Assembly: GCF_006345805.1 (NCBI RefSeq) | Contig: NC_043012.1 | Span: forward strand, 23,622,001 to 23,686,000 | Source: Octopus sinensis | Taxonomy: Eukaryota | Direction: 5' to 3' | DNA length: 64,000 nt | Shown here: piece by piece, positions 40,408-53,658 of the stretch | Position numbering within the stretch: the stretch's first letter is position 1 | How the letters are laid out: the number at the start of each line of letters is the position of its first letter | Notes under the pieces: model-generated | The model's input: the letters and a program-made list of their open reading frames with translations, nothing else | Databases searched by the model: none | Told to the model about the DNA's origin: nothing | Position numbers and translations under genes: made by a program

Positions 40408-40527
40408 CTGAAACCAAACACACTTTAATAGAAAGCAAACAACACACAAAGATGAGACTGTTGACTTTAACAAGGCAACAGGTTAATTTACTGTAATGGA
40501 TAGTAAATGTCCTAAAAAAATATTCAC

Positions 40528-40572
40528 CTGTAGCAGACTGTTTTCCTCAGCAGATATAGATTTGTGTCTCAC
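40528..40572 (-). CDS. Putative 45-nt exon (phase 0-0): VRHKSISAEENSLLQ
   Basis: ctttctatagtatttaacag|GTGAGA...CTACAG|gtgaat; only phase 0 is open. Confidence 0.35.
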
Positions 40573-40687
40573 CTGTTAAATACTATAGAAAGTAATGCAA
40601 AGAACTAGCAATATGGCTCTCTGAAGTGCATGCTTATTCTGAAATGATTCTCTATATACATACATAAATATACATTATATATATATA

Positions 40688-41022
40688 TAACACGTATATC
40701 TATATATACATATATACACATATCTATATAAACACACATTCACACACGTATCTCTCTCAATATATATATATAGACATATATCTATCTATACACACACACA
40801 CACATATATATACATACACACACACATACACATATATACACAAACACACACACATATATATATATATATGTAAACACACACACACATATCTGTATAAACA
40901 TATATTCACACAGCATATCTATCTATGTATCTATCTACCTATGTCTATATATATATGAATGTATATCTATATATGCATAAATACATATATATTATGTATA
41001 TATTCACAAACATACACACTTC

Positions 41023-41087
<65 letters not shown>

Positions 41088-41143
41088 TATTAGATATATA
41101 TATACACACATATACACATGTATATATATATACACACACACAC

Positions 41144-41190
<47 letters not shown>

Positions 41191-41827
41191 CATATCCAGT
41201 GTAAAGTAAAGTAGTAAACAGAGCTACAACAACATGTAATAATTCCAAAAGCAACAAGTCAAAAGCTTAATGTATGTTAAGATCCAATTGAATTGGAAGA
41301 ACCCGGTTCGACTGAAAACTTAAGAGGGTATGTTTACTCAAAGAAGATCTTCACGAAAAATCCACGAACAAAGACAAATCACAAATTTTCTGTTTTTCCT
41401 ATTTTCTGTTTTCATCGGGTACATTTTAAAACTTCCATAATTTTTTTTAAAACTTCAGTTGCGTACACACTAACATACCTTCTTATAAACAAATAATTAT
41501 ATACCCATACATCAAAACGTAAGTGTACATTGTATACCTGCATACACACCACAGAGATGCACATATGTGTAAAAGTGTATTTTGCTTGAAAATATTTCAC
41601 AGAGTGAGTCATGTGTATTCAAATACAAGTGGTGTAAAAACTAGACTAAAAACATATATGCGTGTGTGTGTGTGTGTCCATATATGTATGTATGTATATA
41701 TGGATGTATATGTGTGTGTCCATGTATATAATGTATATATACCTAATGTATGTATATATATATATGTGTGTGTGTGTGTCCGTCCATGTATGGACATGTG
41801 TATATACATAATGTGTATATCTATCTA

Positions 41828-41865
<38 letters not shown>

Positions 41866-42263
41866 TGTATGTGTATGTATATATATATATATAATATATA
41901 TATATATAACACGTATATCTATATATACATATATACACATATCTATATAAACACACATTCACACACGTATCTCTCTCAATATATATATATAGACATATAT
42001 CTATCTATACACACACACACACACACACATATATATACATACACACACACATACACATATATACACAAACACACATATATATATATATATATATATGTAA
42101 ACACACACACACATATCTGTATAAACATATATTCACACAGCATATCTATCTATGTATCTATCTACCTATGTCTATATATATATGAATGTATATCTATATA
42201 TGCATAAATACATATATATTATGTATATATTCACAAACATACACACTTCATATGTATATATAC

Positions 42264-42302
<39 letters not shown>

Positions 42303-42362
42303 TATATAGATATATATATACACACATATACACATGTATATATATATACACACACACACATG

Positions 42363-42396
<34 letters not shown>

Positions 42397-43057
42397 CATA
42401 TCCAGTGTAAAGTAGTAAACAGAGCTACAACAACATGTAATAATTCCAAAAGCAACAAGTCAAAAGCTTAATGTATGTTAAGATCCAATTGAATTGGAAG
42501 AACCCGGTTCGACTGAAAACTTAAGAGGGTATGTTTACTCAAAGAAGATCTTCACGAAAAATCCACGAACAAAGACAAATCACAAATTTTCTTTTTTTCC
42601 TATTTTCTGTTTTCAGTCGGGTACATTTTAAAACTTCCATAATTTTTTTTTAAAACTTCAGTTGCGTACACACTAACATACCTTCTTATAAACAAATAAT
42701 TATATACCCATACATCAAAACGTAAGTGTACATTGTATACCTGCATACACACCACAGAGATGCACATATGTGTAAAAGTGTATTTTGCTTGAAAATATTT
42801 CACAGAGTGAGTCATGTGTATTCAAATACAAGTGGTGTAAAAACTAGACTAAAAACATATATGCGTGTGTGTGTGTGTGTCCATATATGTATGTATGTAT
42901 ATATGGATGTATATGTGTGTGTCCATGTATATAATGTATATATACCTAATGTATGTATATATATATGTGTGTGTGTCCGTCCATGTATGGACATGTGTAT
43001 ATACATAATGTGTATATCTATCTATCTATATATATATATATATATATGCATGTATGT

Positions 43058-43085
<28 letters not shown>
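40688..43085 (+). repeat. ~1.22-kb tandem duplication bounded by (AT)n
   Basis: Copies start at 40688 and 41907; differences are mostly small indels. Confidence 0.92.
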
Positions 43086-43091
<6 letters not shown>

Positions 43092-43935
43092 AGAAGAAAA
43101 ACAAATTTAAGAATGTTTTTGAAATAAAAATAAACGAAATAGAAAATTGATCTCAAGCAAATTCATTTTAGGAGTAAAGGAAAACTATAACACACACACA
43201 CACACACATGGAGGTTGAAAAAGAAAGTAAAGAAAATATTTCTGTTAAAATAGAACAGAGGTTAAGCTCTCATGCTAAAAGATGCTAGAATTAAATGGAG
43301 AACTTCTGTAACTAGAGAGGGATAGAAAAGGGAGGTTATCAAAAAGAGGGTAAACATGAAACTTATAATATAATAAAGAAATAGAGATTTGAGGATGGTA
43401 AGAGATACTAATGATGTATGAAATGTTTTAAAAAGGTGAGCAGGGAAGCTGAAGGAGTAAGAAAAACAAAACAAAAGTAAGCAAAGAAAACGCTAATAAA
43501 TAAATAAATAAATAAGAATAAAAACCCCTAAATTTAATAGAGAGAAGAGTTGCAGAAGGGTAAGGTAGAGAAAGAGTCTGAAAGAGAAGATATTCAACAG
43601 TAAGAATTAGAACAAGAATGTGAACACCAGCAACAATGAGAAAAATTGAATAAATAAGAAAGGGGGAGAGAAAGAGAAAGAGTAAGAAAGATAGAGGGGG
43701 AGGAAAGAAGAAGAAGAAGGAATACAAAACTGAAGAATGGATTTGTGTTTTAAAGACAGAAAAAAAATGACAAAAAGAAGAAGAAAAAAAAACCATCTAA
43801 AGACAATCTGTTGTACCTAAAACCAATAGCTTAAAAAGATGGTGTGTTTGTTGAAAGTGCAGCTCCATAGTGGGTCCCTATTGGTGGTGAGCTTAAGAAC
43901 TAAAAATTGTGTGTATGTTTGTGTATAAATTGCAC

Positions 43936-44015
43936 CCCCTTTGCACGCTTTGCTGGGATAGAGTTTCGTTCAGACTTCTGTAACATGGTGAAGTTTAAAA
44001 GCTTTTCCAAGTCAT
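43936..44015 (-). CDS. Putative exon (80 nt, phase 1-0): DDLEKLLNFTMLQKSERNSIPAKRAKG
   Basis: catttttgcag|ATGAC; only phase 1 is open; donor GTGCAA is weak. Confidence 0.25.
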
Positions 44016-44085
44016 CTGCAAAAATGTTTCCTCTTTATAAAGTATAAACACACACACACACACATTTCCTCTGTGTACACTATAT

Positions 44086-44141
<56 letters not shown>

Positions 44142-44630
44142 GATGTATATATAAATGCATATATATATGTATGCACATGTAATTTTATAAATGTGTATAT
44201 ATATATATATATACACATTTATAAAATTACATGTGCATACATATATACATGCATTTATACATACAGATACACACAATATATATATATATATATATATGCA
44301 TGTATATATATACATATATACATGCACAGAAAAATACATGCAGTAAAAGTGAATACAACAGTTTAAACTTGCAATATAAACTGAAATCAAATATGGAAGA
44401 CATGGAAATTTGCTTATATGTGCATCAAGGAATACACGAAAACAGTGGTGTGAGTTGGATGAGAAGGGGAGGGGGATAAGCAGAGAGAAAGACAAACAAA
44501 GGGGGAGAGATGGAAGTATGGATGGACGGACAGACAGAAATTAAGTGAGCAAGAGAAAGTGAGTGGAACAAGGCTAAAGATATTGAAGAAGAATGAAGAG
44601 AGAGAAAGGGAACTCTCAGAAGGACATGGA

Positions 44631-44662
<32 letters not shown>

Positions 44663-45724
44663 AGTATGAGAGAGAGAGATGGAGAGGATAAGAGTGTATG
44701 TGGAGGGATATAAGAGAGAATTAGAGAGATATAGAAAGTGGGAGAGAATATGAGGGAGGAAAGAGAGAATGAATTTGAGAAGATAGAGAAAGAGAGATCT
44801 AGAAAAAGAAATGAGTGAGAGAGAGAAGGGGATGAAAAGGGATCAGGTTTTGAGTAAAAGGGTCCAGTGAATGAAAGAGAGTGTGGGGGGGGGGTTGAAA
44901 GAATATGAATTATTGTAGAAAAGAAAGAATAACATAAAGGAAGAAGAACAAAAAGATGAGAGAGAAGAGAGAGTAGAGACAAAGGAGAGAAGAGAAAAAA
45001 AGAGAGTAGACAGAAAGGAGAGAAGAAAGAGAGAGAGAGAGTGTGTGTGTGTGTGTGCAAAAGTGAATGGTGGAGCAATGAGAAAGGACTCACATGTGAT
45101 ATTTTGTCTTTTACTTGTTTCAGTCATTGGACTGTGGCCATGTTGGAGCACCACCTTGAAGGGGCATTTTTAGTCAAACAAACTGATCCAAGTATTTACT
45201 CATAAGCTTGATTAATTGCTTTTGCTGAACTGCTATGTAACAGGGATGTAAACAAACCAACCACATATGTCAACCGGTGGTGGGGGACAGATACACACAC
45301 ACACACACAAAGGAGGAGCTTCCACCTTCCACTCACTTTCTGTCAACTGAACTCACTCACAAAAGATTGGTTAGCCTGGAACTATATAGCAGAAGACACT
45401 TGATCAAGGTGGAACTGAACCCAAAACACTGTAGATGCAAAGAAAGTTTCTTAACCATACAGCAAAAAAAAAACAACAAAAAAAAACAAATAGACAAAAA
45501 GAGGGGAAGCCATTATTGGTATTAAAAGAAATTTGTTCTAAACCAAAGCAAACCAGAACAAGAATGAAAATGAGGATCAGGAGGAGGAATAAAAGAATGA
45601 TAACATTCCAGACAAATATAATAAAAATGGTGAAGATGCATGGCCCAGAGGTTTGGGTATATGCACACACATGCACACTCTGCACAAGCATACATATCGG
45701 TTGTCTGCTCTTTGCAGAGCTTGA

Positions 45725-46330
45725 TCCCTTCTTGTACTTATAAATGCTCTTTCTCAGTGTGAGATCTTAAATGACTTTTGAACCCTGAAAAGTATTGGAA
45801 GAGTTGATCCCAAATGGTACAGCAATGTCTCATTTCAGCATTGGCTCTCTTCTTCCACTTGTCTACTATGAAAGTTCAAGTGCTGCTTCAATCCTTCATT
45901 TGACTTGTAGGCTTTTTGACAAGCATGGCATTGAAACTGGCTATCCGGAATTCCAATAGTTCATGTCTACCTTACCTGCATGGCTGTACCACACACACAC
46001 TCAGATAGACAGACAGACATTCCTGTTCCTTCTTCAATGACCGTGAGCGGCTTTATTAGATATTTCCAAGACAGAATGATCACCGGTTATCTGGTACCAA
46101 TTCTTAGAAGAGATGGATAGAGCTTTTATGTTCTGCTTAACAGTATTCTTGAATTGCAATTTGGTTCAACCAATGTTCTGATAGTCATCTACTAGTTGCA
46201 AGAACAGGATTTTCTTTGCGACTATTGTTGGCAAGTCTACCAATTTTCTCTCACAAGAGACTTGTTAATCTAGCAGACAAGGGATTTATTAATAGAAGAC
46301 ATCCACCAAATGTGACATGTAGCAGGATAG
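45725..46330 (-). mobile_element. Old RTE LINE 3' remnant with two C2H2 fingers
   Basis: TKLQFKNTVKQNIKALSISSKNWYQITGDHSV, then FQCHACQKAYKSNEGLKQHLNFH and CTIWDQLFQYFSGFKSHLRSH; stops and frameshifts. Confidence 0.75.
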
Positions 46331-47528
46331 AACTAGAAGGAAACATGTCTGCCAAATAAATTAACTACAGGAGCATGTCAGTGTCTAAACGCTTATTGTG
46401 TGCGATGGTGATGGGAAATCAAATGCTAAGAAGCGCTAGTTGATGTTCATGTATCAAAAATAACAATTTGAGTTAGTATTTTGTTAGTCTGCTTTCTGAT
46501 TTCATATAACCACTTGTCTTGTTAGTTCAGTCAATCCATTATATAAAAATATGCTCTGAATCTAAAAACTTAAACTAAAAACAAATAATTATTTATTATT
46601 ATATTTTTAATATCAGTAGAAAGCAATGTATTCTGTTATTACTAAAAGATAACCAAGATGATGAAGTTGAAATTATCTGCTTGTCAGATTTTAATTTATG
46701 CATTGACAGGCAAAGAAATATGGTTTGGAAATACCAGGATAATACCAGAATAATATTTTTTTACTCTTTCCTTGCTTCATACTTCTGAGTTCAAACCCAA
46801 CTAAGGGCAATGTTCTGTTTTAGCTACTTTCACCAAATAATAGATAGCCGCCAAAGTTAGTCATTATCTTAAAATACACTTAAAGAATCCAAAACGACTG
46901 TCAAGGTTTTATTTCAAAGTGTTGGTCATTGTTACAAGTGAATGGGAAATAAAATGTTACATAGGTGCAGGCATGGCTGTGTGGCTAAGAACTTCACTTC
47001 GCAACCATGTGGTTTCGGGTTCAGTCCCACTGCAAAGCACCTCGCGTAAGTGTTTTCTGCTATAGCACAGGGCTGACCAATACCTCATGAGTGAAATTGT
47101 TAGAAACTGTGTGAAACCCATCATATATGTTTATATGTATGATTTTATGTAAACTTTCTGGAATCGAATTTTCATTACTCCCAAGCTTCATAAATGTAAA
47201 AACCTGTCTTCAGCATAGATGTTTTTGATGTCTCACCTCTAGTCAACCCTAATTCAAAAAGCCTATGATTACAGGCATTTCAGCTCCGAATATACTGACC
47301 ATACAGTGTCTAGAACCACTGTTATCTAAAGTGGCCTTCACTTTTTTTTTTTATAAGCAGATGAGTGAAATTTGGAATAGATTTGGCTGTATTTTCTAGC
47401 AGGTGAAACACTCACGCAAAATCACTTTCATCGTCTCAGTAACATATTAGAGTTAATTGGAGTTAATTCATTAGGTTTTCTAACAAAATTGAATTTTCCC
47501 TCATGTAAGATGCGTAAGTGCAGGAAGA

Positions 47529-47953
47529 AAATTTGGGCGATCTTTCGCCTCTAGTAGACCTTTCCGTCGATTTCCGTAAAAAAAATTTTTTTTTTTACAT
47601 ATGGGCTTGCGGGAACTTTTGAAGTAATATACATACATATACACATACACCGAGTAAAAAATTTCAGTTATCTCTTTCTTTCACACATTACTCTGTCTCT
47701 TCACACACACTAACAGAAGCACTTCACTTACACAACATACTTTCTGTCTCCCACACCCCATCAAACACACACACACACAATGCTTCCCCTGGACGGTAAC
47801 TTCAAAAGAACTTCCCTCGTCATACAATCGCTTTCTCTTAGTCTCTTTCGCTCTCATTACTTCAAAAGTTCCCGCAAGCCCATATGTAAAAAAAAAATTT
47901 TTTTACGGAAATCGACGGAAAGGTCTACTAGAGACGAAAGATTGCCAAAATTT
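47529..47953. mobile_element. MITE with ~100-bp TIRs
   Basis: 47529-47628 is the near-perfect reverse complement of 47856-47953; CA-rich interior; TSD not resolved. Confidence 0.9.
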
Positions 47954-48684
47954 GCATAGGGGTGCAAACTCAGCTCTAGAACAGGATGTACAAAGCGTTT
48001 TCATTGACACCCATCCAAAATGGTGGGGATACTCTTGCACCCCCTGCACACCTATTCCTGAACCTATGCTGCCTGTAACAGCTGCTTCTGTAATTTGTGT
48101 TACACTGTGACAAGATCTTTTATCGACAGTTACACATCAACATGTTCTTTTATATTCTGTAACACAACATTTAGTAAAAACACCAGAAACGCTTAGAAAC
48201 CTTTGCAGGAAAATTATTCCTAAAATACTGTGTTTAATGTTTGGAAACTCAACAGTTCCAATTAAAATGCCAGATATCACCTGATGGTTGTATTGTGTAT
48301 AATTTTAACTTAATATTTTCTTTCTTGTTGTGAAATAATGTGAAGGATGCAAGAAATAGTTATGTTCTATGGACCAAATTCTTCTCATTTGGAAATGCAA
48401 TGTAAAGAACTTTAATGATAGTCTGTAGAGTAATGCACCAATTTAGTTCAAAATTGTATTCTTTACTGTTTTTTTTTTTTGTTTGCAGCATTTGAAGAAT
48501 ATTAAATATTGATATCAAATACAGAGAACAAAATATAACTCTAAGCAATGATGTATATACAGTTATGCGATAACCTGTGGCAATATTTATATGAGATAAT
48601 AAGAAATATAAAATATAATGAGTATTGATGGATGATTGAAGGTATATAATGGGCAGTATGGAATAAATATAATAAGCACTTTTA

Positions 48685-48727
<43 letters not shown>

Positions 48728-49245
48728 TTAGTATAATAATACGTATATGCATATACACATGTACATACAGATATGCATATAAATAAAAATACACGCACAT
48801 ACATTGACAGAGGATTTATAGGATAAATATAATAGATGCAAGTAATGCGGGATCTAAGGAAGAGATATATTTGCAATACAGATGCTAGATTATATATGAT
48901 AGAGATACAATAGTAACACTGATATGAAATAGAAAGCAGAGAGAGAATAGCAAAATTACAACGCGAAATACTGTACGAGAGGAGGAGGAGGAGAGAAGGA
49001 GAGACTGTAGCAATGCGGAGCACAATAGAGACAGCACTGTTGTGTCAAGATAGAATACTGAGACAAAATGCAAGGAAGATGTAAGATAAATAGAATGGAG
49101 GGAGAAACGTACACTGAAGGAAACTGTATAGAATGCATAGAACAGCATGGATGGGAGATATAGAGAGGCAATAGAAAAGAAACACACAATACGGAAACGG
49201 AGATACAATAAGAAGCATTCAAAGTTTCAACATATATACATACAT

Positions 49246-49658
49246 AGGTGCAGGAGTGGCTGTGTGGTAAGTAACTTGCTTACCAACCACATGGATCCGG
49301 GTTCAGCCCCACTGCGTGGCACCTTGGACAAGTGTCTTCTACTATAGTTTCGGGCCAACCAAAGCCTTGTGAGTGGATTTGGTAGATGGAAACTGAAAGA
49401 AGCCCATCGTATATATGTATATGTATATATATATTTGTGTATGTGTGTGTATATGTTTGTGTGTCTGTGTGTCCCCCATCATCGCCTGACAACCGATGCT
49501 GGTCCGTGTGTTTATGTCCCCGTCACTTAGCAGTTCGGCAAAAGAGACCAATAGAATAAGTACTAGGCTTACAAAGAATAAGTCCCAGGGTCGATTTGTT
49601 CGACTAAAGGTGGTGTTCCAGCATGGCCGCAGTTTAAATGACTGAAAGAAATAAAAGA
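49246..49658 (+). mobile_element. Full-length CORE-type SINE family B
   Basis: Matches 21858-22275. Confidence 0.9.
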
Positions 49659-49672
49659 GTATACGTACATAC

Positions 49673-49704
<32 letters not shown>

Positions 49705-49724
49705 ATATACTCTTTACTCTTATT

Positions 49725-50180
49725 CTTTTGCTTGTTTCAGTCATTTGACTGTGGCCATGCTGGGGCACCGCCTTAAATATATATATATATATATTTTTTT
49801 TTTTCTAGTTTCAGTTATTTGACTGTGGCCATGATAGAGCACAACCTTTAGTCAAACAATTCAACCCTACGATTTATTTTTTTGGGAAGCCTAGTACTTA
49901 TTCTATCCGTCTCTGTTGCCAACTGCTAAGTTACAGGGATGTAAACACACCAACATCGGTTATCAAGCGATGCTGAGAGGATAAATACAGACACACGAAT
50001 ACATATGTACATGTATACATATGATGGGGTTCTTTCAGTTTCCGTCTACCAAATCCACTCACAAGGCTTTGGTCAGCCCAAGGCTATAGCAGAAGATACT
50101 AGCCCAAGATGCCATGCAGTAGGACTGAACCCAGAATCATGTGGTTGGGAAGCAAGCTTGTTACCACATAGCCGTGGCTG
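49725..50180 (-). mobile_element. CORE-type SINE family B, inverted relative to 49246-49658. Further diverged copies at about 9300-9890, 27735-27900, 28650-28930, 36400-36560, 39640-40230, 45110-45460, 46961-47120, 51880-52080, 53290-53520, 54260-54590, 59160-59515, 60750-60960
   Basis: Recurring CAGTCATT(G/T)GACTGTGGCCATG and CTACCAAATCCACTCACAAGG motifs. Confidence 0.8.
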
Positions 50181-50184
50181 TATA

Positions 50185-50215
<31 letters not shown>

Positions 50216-51107
50216 CATATACATGCACACATATGTATACACATATCATCATGATCGGCATCTAAGAATTATGTTTTTTCTTTGTTGGCATGGGTTGGAA
50301 AGTCTGACTAGAACCAATGAGACAAAGGGTTGCACCAAGTTCCAATACCGTCTATGTCATGGTATCTACATTTGGATGCCCTCCCTAATTCCAACCACTT
50401 TATAGAGTGGATTGGGTGTATTTCTGTGCCACCAATTAGATTAGCAAATACTTGCAAGAGGCACACTTATTAACAGAATGGGGTACAATATTTCTATTGT
50501 AAGCACAAAGCCTGAAATTTGGGGCCAGTGGGTGCTGATTACATCGATTCTAGGGTTCAACCGGCACTTATTTTAATGACCCTGAAAGGATGAAATGAAA
50601 AGTTAACTGGCAGTGTTCGAACTCAGAGCGTAAAGCCAGAAGAGAGGGTACTCAAAGTCTTTCTTTTTTTTTTTTTTTCTGGCATGCTAGTGATTCTGCT
50701 CATCACCTTTCAGTGAGGATATGACATTGAAGGATCTTAAAGTATAATGAAGGGACACAAAAGGGTGTCTTGCAGGTAAGCTGGTAGATTTGTGAAGTGT
50801 GATATAGGAACAATAAGGAAATCACTGCAAAATTATAGAAAGGTTTATTAGAGAAAATAGATCACTACTGGTATACAGAGCAAAGATACAAATATTCTCA
50901 AAAGAATCACAAGACAATGCAAGACATAGAATATAAGCTAGACATACAATAACAACATTGACATGAATATAATAAATAGAATCAATAAGATGTCCAGAAT
51001 GGTATTATTGATGTAGAATATCTACGGTAGATTAATTTAGTCACACTAACACAAATAGTAATGCAACACAGAATTATGTTTGAAAACACAATTATTATTA
51101 TCATTAC

Positions 51108-51138
<31 letters not shown>

Positions 51139-52146
51139 GTTATTATCATCATGATCACGATTTTTTTTTTTTTTTTTTTTACATAAGTATTCTTCTAAAT
51201 ATTCTGTACACTATTAGAAACATTTTGTCAGAAACACTGCAGCGGGCATAGATTAAACAGATGCTTTATGTGATTGAGAAAGCAATTTTTCCCTTTTATT
51301 GGACAAAATGACAGGCGAGATAAAATTACTTATGGGATCCAAATGCAGTTAGTTACCATTATTGGCCATCTGTAATCCAGTCTTTCAATACATCATTTTG
51401 CCAGTGTATTCATTGTAAGTTTCAGTTAATTCCATCGATTCGATTCCAAAGAGATAAACTTTAATATCAGAGAACCACTTATCTGGTTCTCAATCATAAG
51501 ATTTACAGAAATATTTGCAACATATTGAGTGACCTGTGAATTTTGATAATTGGTAGAAGAAGAAACAAGAGCTGTGGATTTTAATAATACCTGAGTAGAG
51601 GTGATGTCAATGGTGGTAGTGGTGGTGGGGAGAGTGAGGACGGTTAGCAGAAAGATTTAAAGAAAGAGGTCGTTGAAAAGGAAGCCTCTTATATTTAAAG
51701 GTGATGAAACAAGGTTTAATCTGATTGTATTTCTACCATTCTATTAAAATGAGAGTTGGAAATCCCACATTTTTACTGTCTGTTCACATTAGAATTAAAA
51801 ATGGCAGTTAATATTTCTAGCTGAAGATGTGGCTTTCAGTTTTACAAAGTCAGTGTCAGCTCTTATATTTTAATATTTCACTTGTTTCAGTCATTGGACA
51901 GTGGCCATGCTGGGGCAGCCGTTGAAAAATTTTGGTTGAATGAATGAATCCAATTTCTTATCTTTTTAAAACCAGGTCAATATTCTATCAGTCTCTTTTG
52001 CCAAACCGCTAAGTTATGGAGATGTAAACACACCAACAGCTGTTGTCAAGCAGTGGTGGAAGACAAACACAAACTGAAAAGACATTCATGCATACATATA
52101 AAATATATTATATGTATGTATGCATGCATGCATGCATGCATGCATG

Positions 52147-52186
<40 letters not shown>

Positions 52187-52187
52187 A

Positions 52188-52224
<37 letters not shown>

Positions 52225-52225
52225 A

Positions 52226-52294
<69 letters not shown>

Positions 52295-52311
52295 ATATAT
52301 ATATAATATAC

Positions 52312-52348
<37 letters not shown>

Positions 52349-52374
52349 TATATATAATATATATGTATATTATA

Positions 52375-52460
<86 letters not shown>

Positions 52461-52668
52461 TATATTTATATATATATACATATATATATTATATATAAAT
52501 AGATGAGTGTAATTTTACCTTCTTAACAATTAACACGGAAAAAAAAAATAAATAAATAGTACCAGGGCAGCAAAAATCTCACAAGTAATATTAATAGGGT
52601 TCTGTCTATCGCTATACAAATCCATCATTTTTTGCTAAAATGTTGCATTGACAAGTTTCGTTTTTTTC

Positions 52669-52750
52669 ACTTTCCGAAGAGAAGAGATTGTTTTATACCA
52701 TTTATTCTTTTGAATGTATCAGTGGAATTTTCGAAACATGTGTCGAAAGT
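52669..52750 (+). ncRNA. Degenerate type I hammerhead with extended stem II (Penelope-like terminus)
   Basis: ACTTTC-CGAAGA-[GAAGA..long hairpin..TTTTC]-GAAA-CATGTG-TC-GAAAGT; 6-bp stem I, palindromic ACATGT stem III; U4 missing or substituted. Confidence 0.55.
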
Positions 52751-52870
52751 AAAAATATTTGTTTACACCGCGTTACTCCATTTTTATTCATTATATTATA
52801 TATATATATATATATTATATATATATATATATATATGATATATTTATGTATATATATATATATATATATG

Positions 52871-52903
<33 letters not shown>

Positions 52904-53658
52904 TGTGTGTGGGTGTGTGTGTGTTGTGTGTGTGTGTGTGTTGTAGATATAGATATAGATATATATATAAAGGTAGAATAAATATTATTTTGACCAGGAA
53001 ACCCTGTGTAACTGTATACTCAAGATTTGTGATTCTTTATTTTAAGATTTTATGTGTGCGTGTGTGTGTGTGTTATCATCATCATCATTTAATGTCTGTT
53101 TTCCATACTGGCATGAGTTGGATAGTTTGACAAGAGCTGGCAACCAGATGCCAGTGCCAAGCTCCATTGTCTCAATTGCAAAGGTTTTTACAGCAGGATG
53201 CCCTGCCTAATGCCAACCACTTTACATGCTTACAATATAATTGCATATATATGCACAAACGCACACACACAAACATGTATGCACATATATGTGAGTGTGT
53301 TTCTCTGTGTCTGTTTTTGTGCCCACCACACAGTTTGACAATGAGTGTTAGTTTGTTTACATCCCAGTGACTGAGCAATTTAGCAAAAAAGCCCAATAGA
53401 ATAAGTACCAGACCTTAAAAAGTAATAAAAAAAAAACTACTGGGATCAGATTGTTTATGGTGGTACCCCAGCTTGGCCACAGCCCCAATAACTGTGACTG
53501 AAACAAGTGAAAGGTAAGAAAAAGAAAGTAAGGAATTATGTAAAATAAGAAAGTCTTGAATACAGGAGAATAGCCATAAAAGCAGTCTTAGAGAATTGGA
53601 TAAGAATGGGGAAAAAGTGGTCAAATTAATGTGGAATTTTGATGGAAAGTTTAAAAAT

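Noticed and set aside
45780-45930. C2H2 zinc-finger gene
   Set aside because: The fingers are the C-terminus of an RTE ORF2 relic, not a host gene.
45960-45990. Perfect donor CAG|GTAAGG
   Set aside because: Lies inside a decayed RTE LINE.
48461-48680. Strong plus-strand acceptor followed by AATAAA
   Set aside because: All frames stop within 8 codons and no upstream plus-strand exons are supported.
50714-50775. Plus-strand AG...CAG|GTAAGC exon-like segment
   Set aside because: Stops in all three frames; only a non-coding or first exon is possible, with no support.
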